Below are positions 1 through 20,040 of a stretch of 64,000 nt of DNA, one piece after another. Every line of letters starts with the position of its first letter. Position 1 is the first letter of the stretch. The position numbers and the translations under genes are program-made. The stretch comes from the human T2T-CHM13v2.0 reference genome, Homo sapiens. The stretch lies in the NCBI RefSeq assembly GCF_009914755.1, contig NC_060947.1; one strand, written 5' to 3'. The notes below the pieces were generated by a model. The model was not told the DNA's origin and ran no database searches. It worked only from the letters and a program-made list of their open reading frames with translations.

Positions 1-114
1 AAAACTGGGTGGTTGGTTTATTACAGATGAGTTTTGGGAGTTCTTTATATATTCTGGATATATATTCTTTGTTAGAGATGTGATTTGCAAATATGTTCTC
101 CCTGACTGTAGCTT

Positions 115-1723
<1,609 letters not shown>

Positions 1724-1887
1724 TCCTGTGTTCTCTTCTAAAAGCTTTATAATTTTACATTTAAATCAAAGATCAAATTTGAGTTAATTTTTGTATAAAG
1801 TATGAGGCTTAGGTATAGGTTTATTGTTTATTTCTGCCTATGGATGTGCAAATTTTCCAGCACCATTTGTTAAAAAGAAAATTCCCG

Positions 1888-2482
1888 TGTTTCTGGGGTC
1901 CCATGACCACCCCAGGTTTAGTGATTCACTAGAAGGAGTCACAAGAGTCAATATAGCAGGTTTTACTCACTGCTAAAGTTTATTAAGGAAAGGAAACAGA
2001 GCAAAAACAACAGGAAAAATGCATGCATTGGACAGAGTCCAGAGAGGTCAGGCATAGACTTCCCCATCTGAAGCCACACAGGATGTGCTTTCTCTCTTGC
2101 AGTGAACTACAGGACCATGTGAGGAATAACTCTGCCCAGAGAAATCTGTTCAAACCTCAGGGTCTGCGGCTTTTATGTGTAGAGGAACAGCTCTGTCATG
2201 GCAACCTGACAACAGAGACCACACAAAGACTTGACCTGCAGTTTATCTGAATCTTGGCAGAACTCCTTGTGATCTTCTCGGTATACAAGAGGATAAGAGG
2301 TCCCTTTTGTTTTGATGTCATCCTTTTTGGTGTGTGAAACAAGGACCACAGGGAGCTGGCACCTTTGGCTACACTTCTTTTCACTCTCCAGGTAAGTAAT
2401 AAACTGTCTGAATCTTAAAAGCACTCATAGTGTCTTTTTTATTGGCGAAGTCTGTCAGGCCTTAGCCTTTTCTCACACTTCA
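1888..2482. mobile_element. ERV LTR fragment (MER21-like)
   Basis: TGTTTCTGGGGTCCCATGACCACCCCCAGGTTTAGTGATTCACTAGAAGGA... resembles MER21-family LTRs and interrupts L1 sequence. Family call from memory. Confidence 0.45.
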
Positions 2483-2597
2483 CCAAATTACTTTTGCATC
2501 TTCGTCAAAAGTCAGTTGGACATATTTGTGTGGGTCAGTTCTTTCTAACAGCTTTACTGAAGTATGACTGGCATACAATAAACTGCACATATTTTAA

Positions 2598-4098
<1,501 letters not shown>

Positions 4099-4357
4099 CT
4101 AAGTGGTATTTTAAAATTTCAATTTCAATTGTCAATTACTAATATATATAAATGAAATTTTAAAAAAACATTAACGATGTAGCCTGCAACCTTGCTAAAC
4201 TCACTTTCAGTTCTAGAACTTTTTTTAGATTGTAACTGGTTTTCTGCATATGAGCAATTATCTCCAAGTAAAGAGAATACTTCTTCCTTTATCATTTGTG
4301 AGCTTTTATTGCATTTTATTTTCTAATTTCTCTGTCCAGACCCTCCAGTACAATGTT

Positions 4358-4738
4358 TGCTATGGTCTGGATGCATCCCCCAAAATTCATGTGTTGGAAA
4401 CTTGATCCCTAGTTGCAGCAGTGTTGGGAAGTGGGGCCTTTTGGGAGATGTTTAGGTTTTGAGGGCTCTGCCCTCTAAATGGATTAATGCCATTATAAAA
4501 AAAGGACTTGTGGGAGTGGGTTTGCTCTCTTCTACCACATGAGGACACAGCGTTCCTCTCCTCCAGAGGATGCAGTGTTCGAGGCATCATCTTGGCAGCA
4601 GAGAGGTCAGGCTCTAACCTGCTGGTGACTTGATCTTGGACTTCACAGCCTTCAGAATTATCAGTAATTAATTTCTGTTCTTTGTAAATTACCCAGTCTC
4701 AGGTATTCTGTTATAATGGCACAAAACAGACTAAGGCA
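4358..4738 (+). mobile_element. MaLR solo LTR (MSTB-like) inserted into L1
   Basis: TGCTATGGTCTGGATG...CCCCCAAAATTCATGTGTTGGAAAC to ...ACAAAACAGACTAAGGCA; TG...CA termini; 5-bp TSD ATGTT/ATGCT. Confidence 0.85.
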
Positions 4739-5775
4739 ATGCTGAATATAAGAGGTGAGAACAAACATCCCTGACTTGTTACTGATTTTATAAGGAAGGC
4801 ACCCAGTCTTTCACCATTAAGTTTGTTAGGTATAGGATTTTCATAGATGTGCTTTAATAGGTTGAGGATCTTTACTTCTACTCCTATATTGCTGAGAATT
4901 GTTATCAGCCATAGATATTGGTTTTGTCAAATGATTTTTCTGCATCTATTGAGATGAGCCCATGGCTTTTCTTTGTTAATTTATTAACATGGTCAATTAT
5001 ATTGATTGATTTTCAAATGTAAACCAACCTTGCATTCCTGATATAAACCACACTTACACATGATGTATTATTTTTTTTTAATTTTTAATTTTTGTGGGTA
5101 CATAGTAGGTGTATGTATTTATGAGGTACATGAGATGTTTTGATATAGTCATGCAATGTGAAATAAGCACACCATGAAGAATGGGGTATCCATCCCCTCA
5201 AGCATTTATCCATTGAGTTGCAAACAATTCAATTACACTCTTTAAGTTATTTTAAAATGTACAGTTATTATTGACTATAGTCACCCTGTTGTGCTATCAA
5301 ATAGTAGGTCTTAGTTATTCTGTCTACTGTTTTTTTTTGGACCCATTATATTTTTTATATTCTTATATTGCTAGATTCAGTTTGCTAATATTTTGTTTAG
5401 AGTTTTTTGTTTCTATGTTCACTAGGGGATATTGGTTTGTAGTTTTATCTGTCTTGCTTCGGTATCATGGTAATGCTGTCCTCATAGAATGAGTTAGGAA
5501 ATATTCCTTCCTTTCAATTTCCTGGAAGAGTTTGGGTAAAATTGATGTTATTTCAAACCTTAAGTTTTTGGTAGCGATAACTAGTGTAAACATCCAGGTC
5601 TGGAGTTACTAAACTGGAGTTTACTAGTGAGAAGCTTTTTAACTACAAATTATATTTCTATGATAGGTTTAGGGGTATTCATTTTTGTGTGTTTGTATGT
5701 GTGTGTATGTATCTCTATACATACAGATAGATAGATAGGTAGATAGGTAGATAGAGATATAATCTCCTTTAATGA

Positions 5776-6205
<430 letters not shown>

Positions 6206-6906
6206 CTGTGTTAATATTTTTATCTCATTTATGACATTGGTAATTTGTGTCTTCTCTTTGTCCTGATCCACATAGCCAGAGTTTTATCAATTTTGCTTAT
6301 TATCCAAGAGAACCAGCTTTTGGTTTCATTAAATTTCTCTAATGATTTTCTGTTTTCTATTTTATTGATTTCTACTTCTTAGTTTTTGCTTAATTTGATC
6401 TACTTTTTCAATTTATTAATGTGGAAATGATGTCAATGATCTGAAATCTTTTTTCTTTTCTTACATATGAATATAGTGCTATAAATTTTCCACTATATAG
6501 TGCTTTATGGTATCTCATATTTTGATATATTGTATTTCCATTTTCATTCAGTTAAATATGCCTTCCAATTCCACTTTTGATTTTTTCTTGAATTCATGTT
6601 TTACTTATAAGTATGCCGTTTAACTTCCACATATTTGAGTATTTTCCAGCTTTCTGTTTTTAGAATATTATTTAATTCCATTGAAATCAGAATACATACT
6701 TTGTATGACTTGAATACACGTTTTGCTTTGTGTATTTTGAAGATTTGTCAAGTACACAAACATTTAGGACAGTTATGTACTATTGATGAATTGACCCCTT
6801 TATTATTATCATCCTACCGTGATATTTGCTGCTTTGAAATCTACTTGTTTGTCACTAATATAGCCATCTGTCTTTCCTGCATCTGGTGTTAGCATTAATT
6901 AACTAG

Positions 6907-7350
6907 ATCTATTAGTTTCTCATGGCTACTATAACAAATTACTGAAATGTTGATGGCTTAAAAAACATTTATTCTCCCACGGTTCCGGAGGTGAGAAGTC
7001 TGAAATCAAGGTATAGGTAAGACCACACTTCCATCATAGAGTCTGAGGGAGAATATATTCTTTGCCTCTTCCAGTTTCTGCTGTCTGTCAGTATTCGCTG
7101 GCTTGTGGCTACAGCTCTATCTCTTTCTCTGCTCCGTGTTCATATTGCCTTCTCCTCTGTGTTAGTGTAGCTAAATTAGCTCTCTTTCTCTCCTATAAGG
7201 ATACATGTGATTGCATTTAGGGCCTACCTGGACAAGCTCCTCGCAAAAGCCTTAAGTTAATCACATATTTTGCCACGTAAGGTAATATTTACAGGTTCTG
7301 GGGATTAGAACATAGATATATCTTTGGGGCCACCACTGAGTCCACTACAC
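6907..7350 (-). mobile_element. MLT1-family MaLR LTR
   Basis: TATTAGTTTT..ATGGCTACTATAACAAATTAC...GAAGTCTGAAATCAAGG...GGGGATTAGAACATAGATATATCTTTGGGG, typical MLT1. Confidence 0.75.
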
Positions 7351-7570
7351 ATGGTATATCTTTCTCCATCACTTTATTTTTCACTGGTTTGTGTATTTAA
7401 AGTGTGTTTGTTGTGAACAGCATACACTTAGGTCTTGCTTTTTTGCTTTTTTATTATCCAGTCTGATGGTCTTTTTCTTTTTTTTGAGACAGGGTCTTGT
7501 TCTGTCCCTCAGGTTGTAGTGCAGTGGCCTGATCATGGCTCACTGTAGCCTCAACCTCCTGGGTTCAAGC

Positions 7571-7574
7571 TACA

Positions 7575-7612
<38 letters not shown>
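7571..7612. repeat. (CA)n microsatellite after a truncated Alu
   Basis: About 20 CA units directly visible. Confidence 0.9.
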
Positions 7613-7615
<3 letters not shown>

Positions 7616-7882
7616 TATTGTAGTCTCCCTTTGAGTTATATTATATCATTTCACAAATAATATAAGAAGAGCCTTCCAATAGTATACCTACATTTCCTCT
7701 CTCCTGGCCTTTATGCTGTTGTTTGCATATATTTTACTTACACATAAATTATAAAGCCCACAATGCATTGTTACTATTTTTGCTTAGTCAATTATCTTTT
7801 AAAGATATTTATGAAATAAGAAAAATATCATATATATTTATTCATGAAGTTTCTGTTTCCAGTGTTCTTTATTGCTTTACTA

Positions 7883-8947
<1,065 letters not shown>

Positions 8948-10041
8948 GTCTTTATTTCACCCTTTAAAAAAATTTACATTGTGGCAAACTACACATAACA
9001 CAAAATTTATCATCTTAATAATTTTCAAATGTATAGTTCAGTGGCATTAACCACATTCACATTGTTGTGCAGCCATCATTATCAGTTATCTCCAGAACTA
9101 CTCTTATTTTGCAAAACTAGAATTCTATATCCATTAAACAGCAGCTCCCCATTATCCTCTACTCCTAGCCCTGACAACTAGCGTTCTATTTTCTTTCTTT
9201 CTTTTTTCTTTCTCTCTCTCTTTCTTTCTTTTGTTCTTTCTTTCTTTCTCTCTTTCTTTCTTTCTTTCTCTCTTTCTTTCTTTCTTTCTTTTCTTTCTTT
9301 TTTGACAGGGTCTCACTCTGTCACCCAGGCTGGAGTGTAGTGGCATGATATAGAGCTGCTGTGATATGTAGGTTTATAGCTTTCATCAAATTTTGAAAAC
9401 ATGGGCAAATATTTCTTCATATTTGTTTTGTTTCCCTTCCCTTTTCTCCTCTCCTCTGGGGATTACAATTATACATATATTAAGCTGCTTGAAGTTGTTC
9501 AATAGCTCACTGAATTTCTTTTCATTTTTTAATAATTATTTTATTATTCTCTCTTTCACTGGATAGTTTCTATTGACATGTTTTCAAGTTCATTTATCTT
9601 TCCTTCTGAAATGTCTGATCTATTGTTAATCCTATCAGTGTGTTTTATCTCAGATACTATAATTTTCATATCTAAGTTTCATTTTCATCTTTTTAATATA
9701 TTACATGGTTCTACATAACTTTTTTACCACTTAAAATACAATTACAATAAATCCTTAAATATCCTGGTCTACTGATTCTAACATCTATGTTAGTTCCTGG
9801 TCCATTTTAATTAATTGATTTTTAAAATTACTTGAACATAGTTTTATCCTTTTCAGTCTTTCTTTTAAGATCCGTTAGGTTGGAGCACAGCAGTGTTTTT
9901 TTCTAGGGCTAATTATTTCCCACTACAAGGGAAGATCCTTCTGAATAATCTATCAATTTACCATTAATTATGAGGTTTTCCAGTCTGCCTATTTGGGACA
10001 GACAGTATTCCAAGTTCTGTGTATATGTTGGGTACTGTTCC

Positions 10042-10344
10042 TTTTTTTTTTTTTTTTTTTTTTGAGATGGAGTCTTGCTCTGTCGCCCAGGCAAGAGTGC
10101 AGTGGTGTGATGTTGCCTCAGTGCAAGCTCCGCCTCCCGGGTTCACGCCATTCTCCTGCCTCAGCCTCCTGAGTAGCTGGGACTACAGGCACCCGCCACC
10201 ATGCCCAGCTAATTTTTTGTATTTTTAGAAGAGATGGTGTTTCACCATGTTAGCCAGGATGGACTCAATCTCCTGACCTCGTGATCTGCCCGCCTCGGGC
10301 TCCCAAAGTGCTGAGATTACAGGCATGAGCCAGGGTGCCGGGCG
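10042..10344 (-). mobile_element. AluY
   Basis: AluY diagnostics; TSD GGGTACTGTTCCTTTT on both sides. Confidence 0.9.
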
Positions 10345-12930
10345 GGGTACTGTTCCTTTTAGTCCTCTTGTATAGTCCTTTCCTTGGCTTCTGGTAGTTC
10401 CCTCACATGTACACACCTATCAGTACTTGAAGGTGACCCACCAAAACTCTCTAGAGTTCTCCTTCTGTGTACTTCTCTCCTTTCTGGTATTCTTCCCTGC
10501 AGTCTAGCTGCTTTGAGCTCCCTGAACTCTCAGTCCTGTCTCTTCAACTCAGGGAGTCCTCCTGGCTCTACCTCACCTTCCCTGTGCCACAGCCAGGAAA
10601 CTCTCTTCAGTCAGTAATCTGGGACAATCCTAGAGCTCACCTCACTTATTTCTTTTCTCTCAGAGAATCACTGCTCTTCTTGTCTGCTGTCCAGCGTATT
10701 GGAAACCATTTCATATATTTGATCCAATATTCAGTAGTTTCAAATGTGAGGGTAAATTCAGTCTCTATTATTTCATACTGGCTAGAAGTGGAAGTACCAA
10801 CTAATGGTTTCTAAATATAAATTTAAATGAATTAAAATTAAATAAAAATTAAAATTCAGTTCATCAGTTGTACTAGCTGTATTTCAAGCACTCAAACGCT
10901 GCATGTAGCTATTGTATTGGACAGCACAGTCTTATCTGTGCTGGGTAAAAAGTTATCTTTTTACCCTTTAAGCTACTTAGTTAACAACTATAAACCTAGT
11001 TAATAATTATTTATATTAAATCGTCTTTGACCAAATAGCTCATGTGATTTCTTTCTTCTGATTAGAACCTGCTTGATACATTTATTCAGGTAGTTCCATT
11101 ATCAAGGAAGTATGGTGACAGGCCTTAGAATCTTAATGACATGGGTTCAGTTGTCACTTACTAGCGGTACAAGCAAATTACTTCATCTAGCTAATTCTCA
11201 GAATATTACCAGGAAAAATGAGGACAATGTTACCAGGAAAAATGAGGATAATATTACCTGCTTCCCGGAGTTTGTTGTGAGGATATATGAAAATATCTGA
11301 CACATAGTAGATGCTCAATATATAGTATTTCCTTTTATTAATTTCTTCATCATCATCCTCCGAGCACTTAGATCTATCCATCTCAGAAACAGCTTCCAAG
11401 AGTATTTCTTCCCATCTTCCTGTCAAAACCACAATGTGCTTTGTCCCTTTTCCTTGGGACTGTTTTTCCACAAAGGTTTATCTTGAAAAGCAATCATGGG
11501 TACTGCAGCACACTGGCTGGAGTAGAGGACTTTGGATGCATGACTCTCCCGCTCCCAAAAACAGCCCCACAACCTGCCGCCCCGCACCACCTTGGCCCAG
11601 CTCAGGTGACATGTATACCTGCCAGAGCGCAATGACGGGTGTTTGGCTCTTGTTTCTGCTTTGAGTTCTTTTCAAGGGACCAGGACTCTAGCTGCATAGT
11701 TGTGCAGGGAACTACACACCAAAAGCAAGTGAACAAGTCTGAATAGTAAGAGTTACGTGGATCGATTGTTTACCAGAGCCAGGCACCACCAAAAGAAATG
11801 TGCACACTTTATCCCATGTAATCCTCCCTCTGGGCCTAAAAGAGCAGCTGGTGTGACTGCAGGCACCCACCTCACGTCATGGAGAGCTGAGTGTATGCCG
11901 ATGGGGGCTCTTGAGACCCCAGGTGTGCCTGGGAGGAGAGGAGGAAGATGAAGGCCCATGCTCCCCCACCTCCTGGAAAGGCTGCCACTCTGCACGTGCA
12001 CAGCCACCAGAAGACCCCAAAGACAGGGCCCTCAGGTTGCAGCAGAACCTGGTCCTCATGAAGGAGGCGCTGAGGGCCACCATCATGGACGTCACCATGG
12101 TCCTGCCCAGCAAGCTGGAGAAGAGGAGCGTGCTCAATGGGAGCCATGCAATGATGGACCTACTAGTTGAACTTTGCCTTCAGAACCACCTGAATCCATC
12201 CCACCACGCCCTTGACATTTGGTCTTCAGAAACCCAACAACCTTTGAGTTTTAAGCCAAATACTTTGATTGGGACCCTGAATGTGCATACTGTGTTTCTG
12301 AAAGAAAAATTTCCTGAAGAAAAAATTAAGCCTGTTCCCCCTAAGGTGCCTGAGAAATCTGTGTGTTTGGTCGTGAATTACTTGCAGACACAAAAAGCTG
12401 TTGTGCATGTGAGCCCTGAGGTTCCTCTCCAGAATATTCTCCCAGCCATTTGTGCAAAGTGTGAGGTCAGCCCAGAGCACATGGTTCTCCTCAGGGACAA
12501 CATTGCCAGGGAGGAGCTGGAGCTGTCCAAGTCCCTGAATGAGCTTGGGATAAAGGAGCTCTACTCGTGAGACAACAGAAGAGAAACCTTTAGAAAATCA
12601 TCGCTTGGCAATGATGAGACAGATAAAGAGAAGAAAAAATTTCTGGGATTTTTCAAAGTTAATAAAAGAAGCAATAGTAAGGCTGAGCAGCTCGTGCTGT
12701 CGGGTGCAGACAGCGATGAGGGCACCTCCCGGCTGCCCCTGGGAAGGGGTTTGAATGGCTGTTTAACAACACCCAACTCTCCATCCATGCACTGACCTTC
12801 CATTACACTGGGTCCATCCCTCTTGCTGGGCAGCATCTCAGGGGCGTCTGTGAAGTCAGAGATGAAGAAACGCTGAGCCCCTCCTCCTCCAGGTTCAGGG
12901 CCACCTGTGAAAGACAAGGCATTGGAAAGG

Positions 12931-13218
<288 letters not shown>

Positions 13219-13548
13219 TATATATATATACACACATATATATACACATATATACACATATATATACACATATATATACACACATATACACACACATATA
13301 TACACATATATACACATATATACATATATATACACACACATATATATACACATATATACACACACATATATACACATATATATACATATATACACATATA
13401 TATACACACACGTAGTGTGTATATATATACGTATATATGTGTGTATGTATACATATATATGTGTGTATATATATACGTATATGTGTGTATATATATGTAT
13501 ATATATGTGTGTGTATATATGTATATATGTACGTATATACATATATAT
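13219..13548. repeat. Compound (TA/CA)n-(TG/TA)n microsatellite, quasi-palindromic
   Basis: Left part TATACACA-type units, right part TGTGTATA-type units; switch at about 13412. Confidence 0.92.
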
Positions 13549-14312
13549 TTTCTAATGTGACTGACTTATTTTGAGTACTTCATGATATGATAGCTGCATT
13601 TTCATAAAAAGAAATTTAGGCACAAATGGTACCTTTTTCTTGTATGGGTCTATGATAAGATTATGCAAATGGAAAACACGAAGCTGTTTCTTCTGATTAA
13701 AAAAAAGCAATCATGGCAGAACAAAGCTAGAGGACTAATACTTCCTGATTTCAAAACTTACTACATAGCTACAGTAAAAACTGTGGTACTGCAAAAGACA
13801 GACATATTGACCAATGGAATAGAATAGAGAGCCCAGAAAGAAACTGTCACATATATGGTCAAATGATTTTTGACAAGGGTGCCAAGAACTATTCAATGGG
13901 GAGAGGAGAGTCTTTTCAACGAATGATGCTAAGAAAACTGTATATCCATCTACACATTAAAAGAATGAAGTTGGACCCTTACCTAACACCATATACAAAG
14001 ATTAACTAAATATGAATTAAATACATAAATAGAAGACCTAAAACTATAAAATTCTTAAAAGAAAACAGAGCAAAAGCTTCATGACATTGGATTTGGCAGT
14101 GATTTATTGGATATGACACCAAAGGCACAGGCAACAAAAAAAAATGAACACATTGGACTTCATGAATATTTTAAAAATTTTGTACATTGAAAGATAGTAT
14201 CAGCTAGGTACAGTGGCATGTGTCTCTGATACCACCTACTTGGACTGAAGCAAGAGGATCAGTCCAGGAGTTTGAGGCCAGCCTGGGCAACATAAGGCAA
14301 CCCTGTCTCTAA

Positions 14313-14944
<632 letters not shown>

Positions 14945-14945
<1 letters not shown>

Positions 14946-15250
14946 GAAGAGGAAGAAGAAGAAGGAGAAGAAGAGGAAGAAGAAGAAGGAGAAGAAGGAG
15001 AAGAGGAGGAAGAAGAAGAAGGAGAAGAAGAAGAGGAGGAAGAAGAAGAAGAAGAAGAAGAAGAGAAGAAGAAGAGGAGGAGGAGGAAGAGGAAGAGGAA
15101 GAAGAAGACGAAGAAGAAGAGGAGGAGGAAGAAGAAGAATAGGAGGAAGAACAAGAAGAATAGGAGGAAGAAGAAGAAGGGAGAAGAAAAGAAAAGAAGA
15201 GAAGAAGAGGAAGAAGAAGAAGGAGGAGGAGAAGGAGGAAGAAGAAGAAC
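14945..15250. repeat. (GAA/GGA)n polypurine tract expanded from an Alu tail
   Basis: About 300 bp that are almost purine-only on the + strand. Confidence 0.93.
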
Positions 15251-15698
15251 GAGTATCAGCAAAGTAAAAAGCTAACCTACAGAATGGGAGAAAATATTTG
15301 CAAATCATATATCTGATAAGATATTCATATCCAGAATACATGTGGAGAACTCCTAAAACTCAAGCACAACAACAACAAAACGAACAAGCCAATTCAAAAA
15401 TGGGCGAAGGACTTGAATAGACATTTCTCCAAAGATATACAAATGGCCAAAAAGCACAAGGAAAGATGCTCAACATTACTAATCATTAGAGAAATACAAG
15501 TCAAAAACACAATGAGATACCACTTCACATCCATTAGGATGGCTACTATAAAAAAAACAACAGAAAATACAAGTGTTTGTGAGGATGTGGAGAAATTTGA
15601 ACCCCTGTGCACTGTTGGTGGGAATGTAAAATGATACAGCTGCTATGGAACACAGTATGATGGTTCCTCAAAGAATTAAAAATAGAAATACTATATGA

Positions 15699-16198
<500 letters not shown>

Positions 16199-16338
16199 CT
16201 ATATGATCCAGCACTTCCACTTCTGGGTATATACTCAAAAGAACTGAAAGCAATGCAGGCTGGGTGTGGTGGCTCACACCTGTAATCCTAGCATGTTGGG
16301 AGGCTGAGGAGGGTGGATTGCTTGAGCCCCGGGCTTCA

Positions 16339-16620
<282 letters not shown>

Positions 16621-16922
16621 TCATTATTCATAATAGCTAAAATATGGAAGCAACCCAAGATGAATGGATAGCAAAATGTGGTATATACACACAATCGAAT
16701 ATTATTAAGCTTTAAAAAGAAGGAAATTCTGATATATGCTACAACATGGATTAACCTTGAGGATATTATGCTAAGTGAAATAAACCGGTCACAAAAAGAC
16801 TATATGATTCCACTTGTATAAGATGCATAGAGTAGTCAAAATAATAGATAGAGAAAGTAGAATGGTGGTTCCCATGGGCCAGAGGAAAGGGGCAATGGGG
16901 AGTTAATGTTTAATGGTTTAAA

Positions 16923-18305
<1,383 letters not shown>

Positions 18306-19162
18306 ATGGGTGGTCAGATGCGGTGGCTCACGCCTGTAATCCCTGCACTTTGGGAGGCTGAGGCAGGTGAATCACCTGATGTCAGGAATTCGAGACCAGC
18401 CTGGCCAGCATGGTGAAACCCCGTCTCTACTAAAAATACAAAAATTAGCTAGGCATGGTGGCGGGCACTTGTAATCCCAGCTACTCAGGAAGCTGAAGCA
18501 GGAGAACCGCTTGAACCCCAGAAGCGGAGGTTGTGGTGAGCAGAGATCATGCCACTGCACTCCAACCTGGGCAACGAGAGTGAAACTCTGTCTCAGTAAA
18601 TAAATAAGTAAATAAATAAACTTGATAATGGATATAAAATTCCAGTTTTACAAGATGAAAAGAATTCTAGAGATGGAGGGTGGTGGTGGTTGCACATTAT
18701 GAATGTAGCGAATACCACTGAACTACACACTTAAAATAGTTAAGATGGTAAATTTTGTTATATGTATTTTACTACAATTTTTAAAAATGGAAAAAAGTAA
18801 TTATAGTTCATTGTTCACAAATTATGATGGCTTAGAATGTTCCCTTTCCCAGAAAACCAGAGGAAGTAATATATTTTAGGTACCATGGTGGGGTCAATAA
18901 AGGAGATATTAGTGGTGGAGGCAAACTTCTGATTGCCCCAGCATAGCTGACAGTGACTTCTGCATGGAACCAAGCTGAAGGATGTTAAAACTGACTTTTT
19001 TTTGGTGCCATGAGACCATTATCAGCTCTAACACCTGAGATGGCCAACTTTTTATTATCTGAGTATAAATTATCCTCGTCATCATTTAAATGCCCCCTGC
19101 ATCATATATGCCACCTGCAACAACAGATATGTCTGTGTACACAGTCAGGCACATATTTTTAT

Positions 19163-19381
19163 CAATGGTTCTCAACTAGAGGCAATTTTGCCTTCTAGAG
19201 GACATTTGGCAATATCTGGAGACAATTTCAGTTGTCACAATTTGGGGAGGGGGTTGTCGCATGTCGTGGGTGGAGACCAGGGATGCTACCGCTAAACATC
19301 ACTATAAGGCATAGGACAGCTTCACACAACAGAGAGTTATCAGGCCTTAAATGTCAGTAGTGCTGAGGTTGAGAATCACTG
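19163..19381. mobile_element. MER20 DNA transposon (hAT-Charlie)
   Basis: TIRs CAATGGTTCTCAAC...GTTGAGAATCACTG, internal GGACATTTGGCAATATCTGGAGACA; 219 bp. Confidence 0.88.
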
Positions 19382-19682
19382 GCCTAATCTGAGCTCAAAA
19401 GGAAATGTAAATCTGCTCTGCAGCCCCAGAACATAATACCATGCTTTCCAGGGCTCAATACTATTGACTTTTGGATTTCACATGCTATTGCTTCCACTTT
19501 TTTTGGATGGAAACTTGAAGGTTGACTATGTGGTACAAATATACTTAAATGTAACCCAGAGCAGCAGAGTTTTGTTTTTTTTTAAGGTTTCCACTTTGTT
19601 TTCTGCTAACTTGATAAATCAATGATTTTACACAAAATATTTTACATTGATGCTTTTTGAACTGCATTTTGCAGAATGCAGT

Positions 19683-20040
19683 TGCAATGGACTGAATGTT
19701 CATGTCCTCTAAAAATTCATATGTTGACATTCTAACTCCCAGGATGATGGTATTAGGAGGTGAAACTTTGGGAGGTGATTAGATCATGCAGGCAGAGTCC
19801 TCTTGAATGGAATTGGTGCCCTCATAAAAGAGGCCTCAGGGAGCTAGCTCACCCCTTCTACCATGTGAGGACACAGTGACAAGTTGCCATCTGTGAACCA
19901 GGAAGCAAGTCCTCACCAGACGCCAATCTGCTATTGCCTTGGTCGTGGACTTGCCAGCTTCCAGAACTGTGAAATATAAAATTCTGTTGTTTATAGGCCA
20001 CCTAGTTGCAAGTATTTTGTTACAGCCACCCTGACACACT
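19683..20040 (+). mobile_element. MLT1A-like MaLR LTR
   Basis: TGCAATGGACTGAATGTT..CCTCTAAAAATTCATATGTTGA...GGACTTGCCAGCTTCCAGAACTGTGA...GTATTTTGTTACAGC. Confidence 0.82.
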
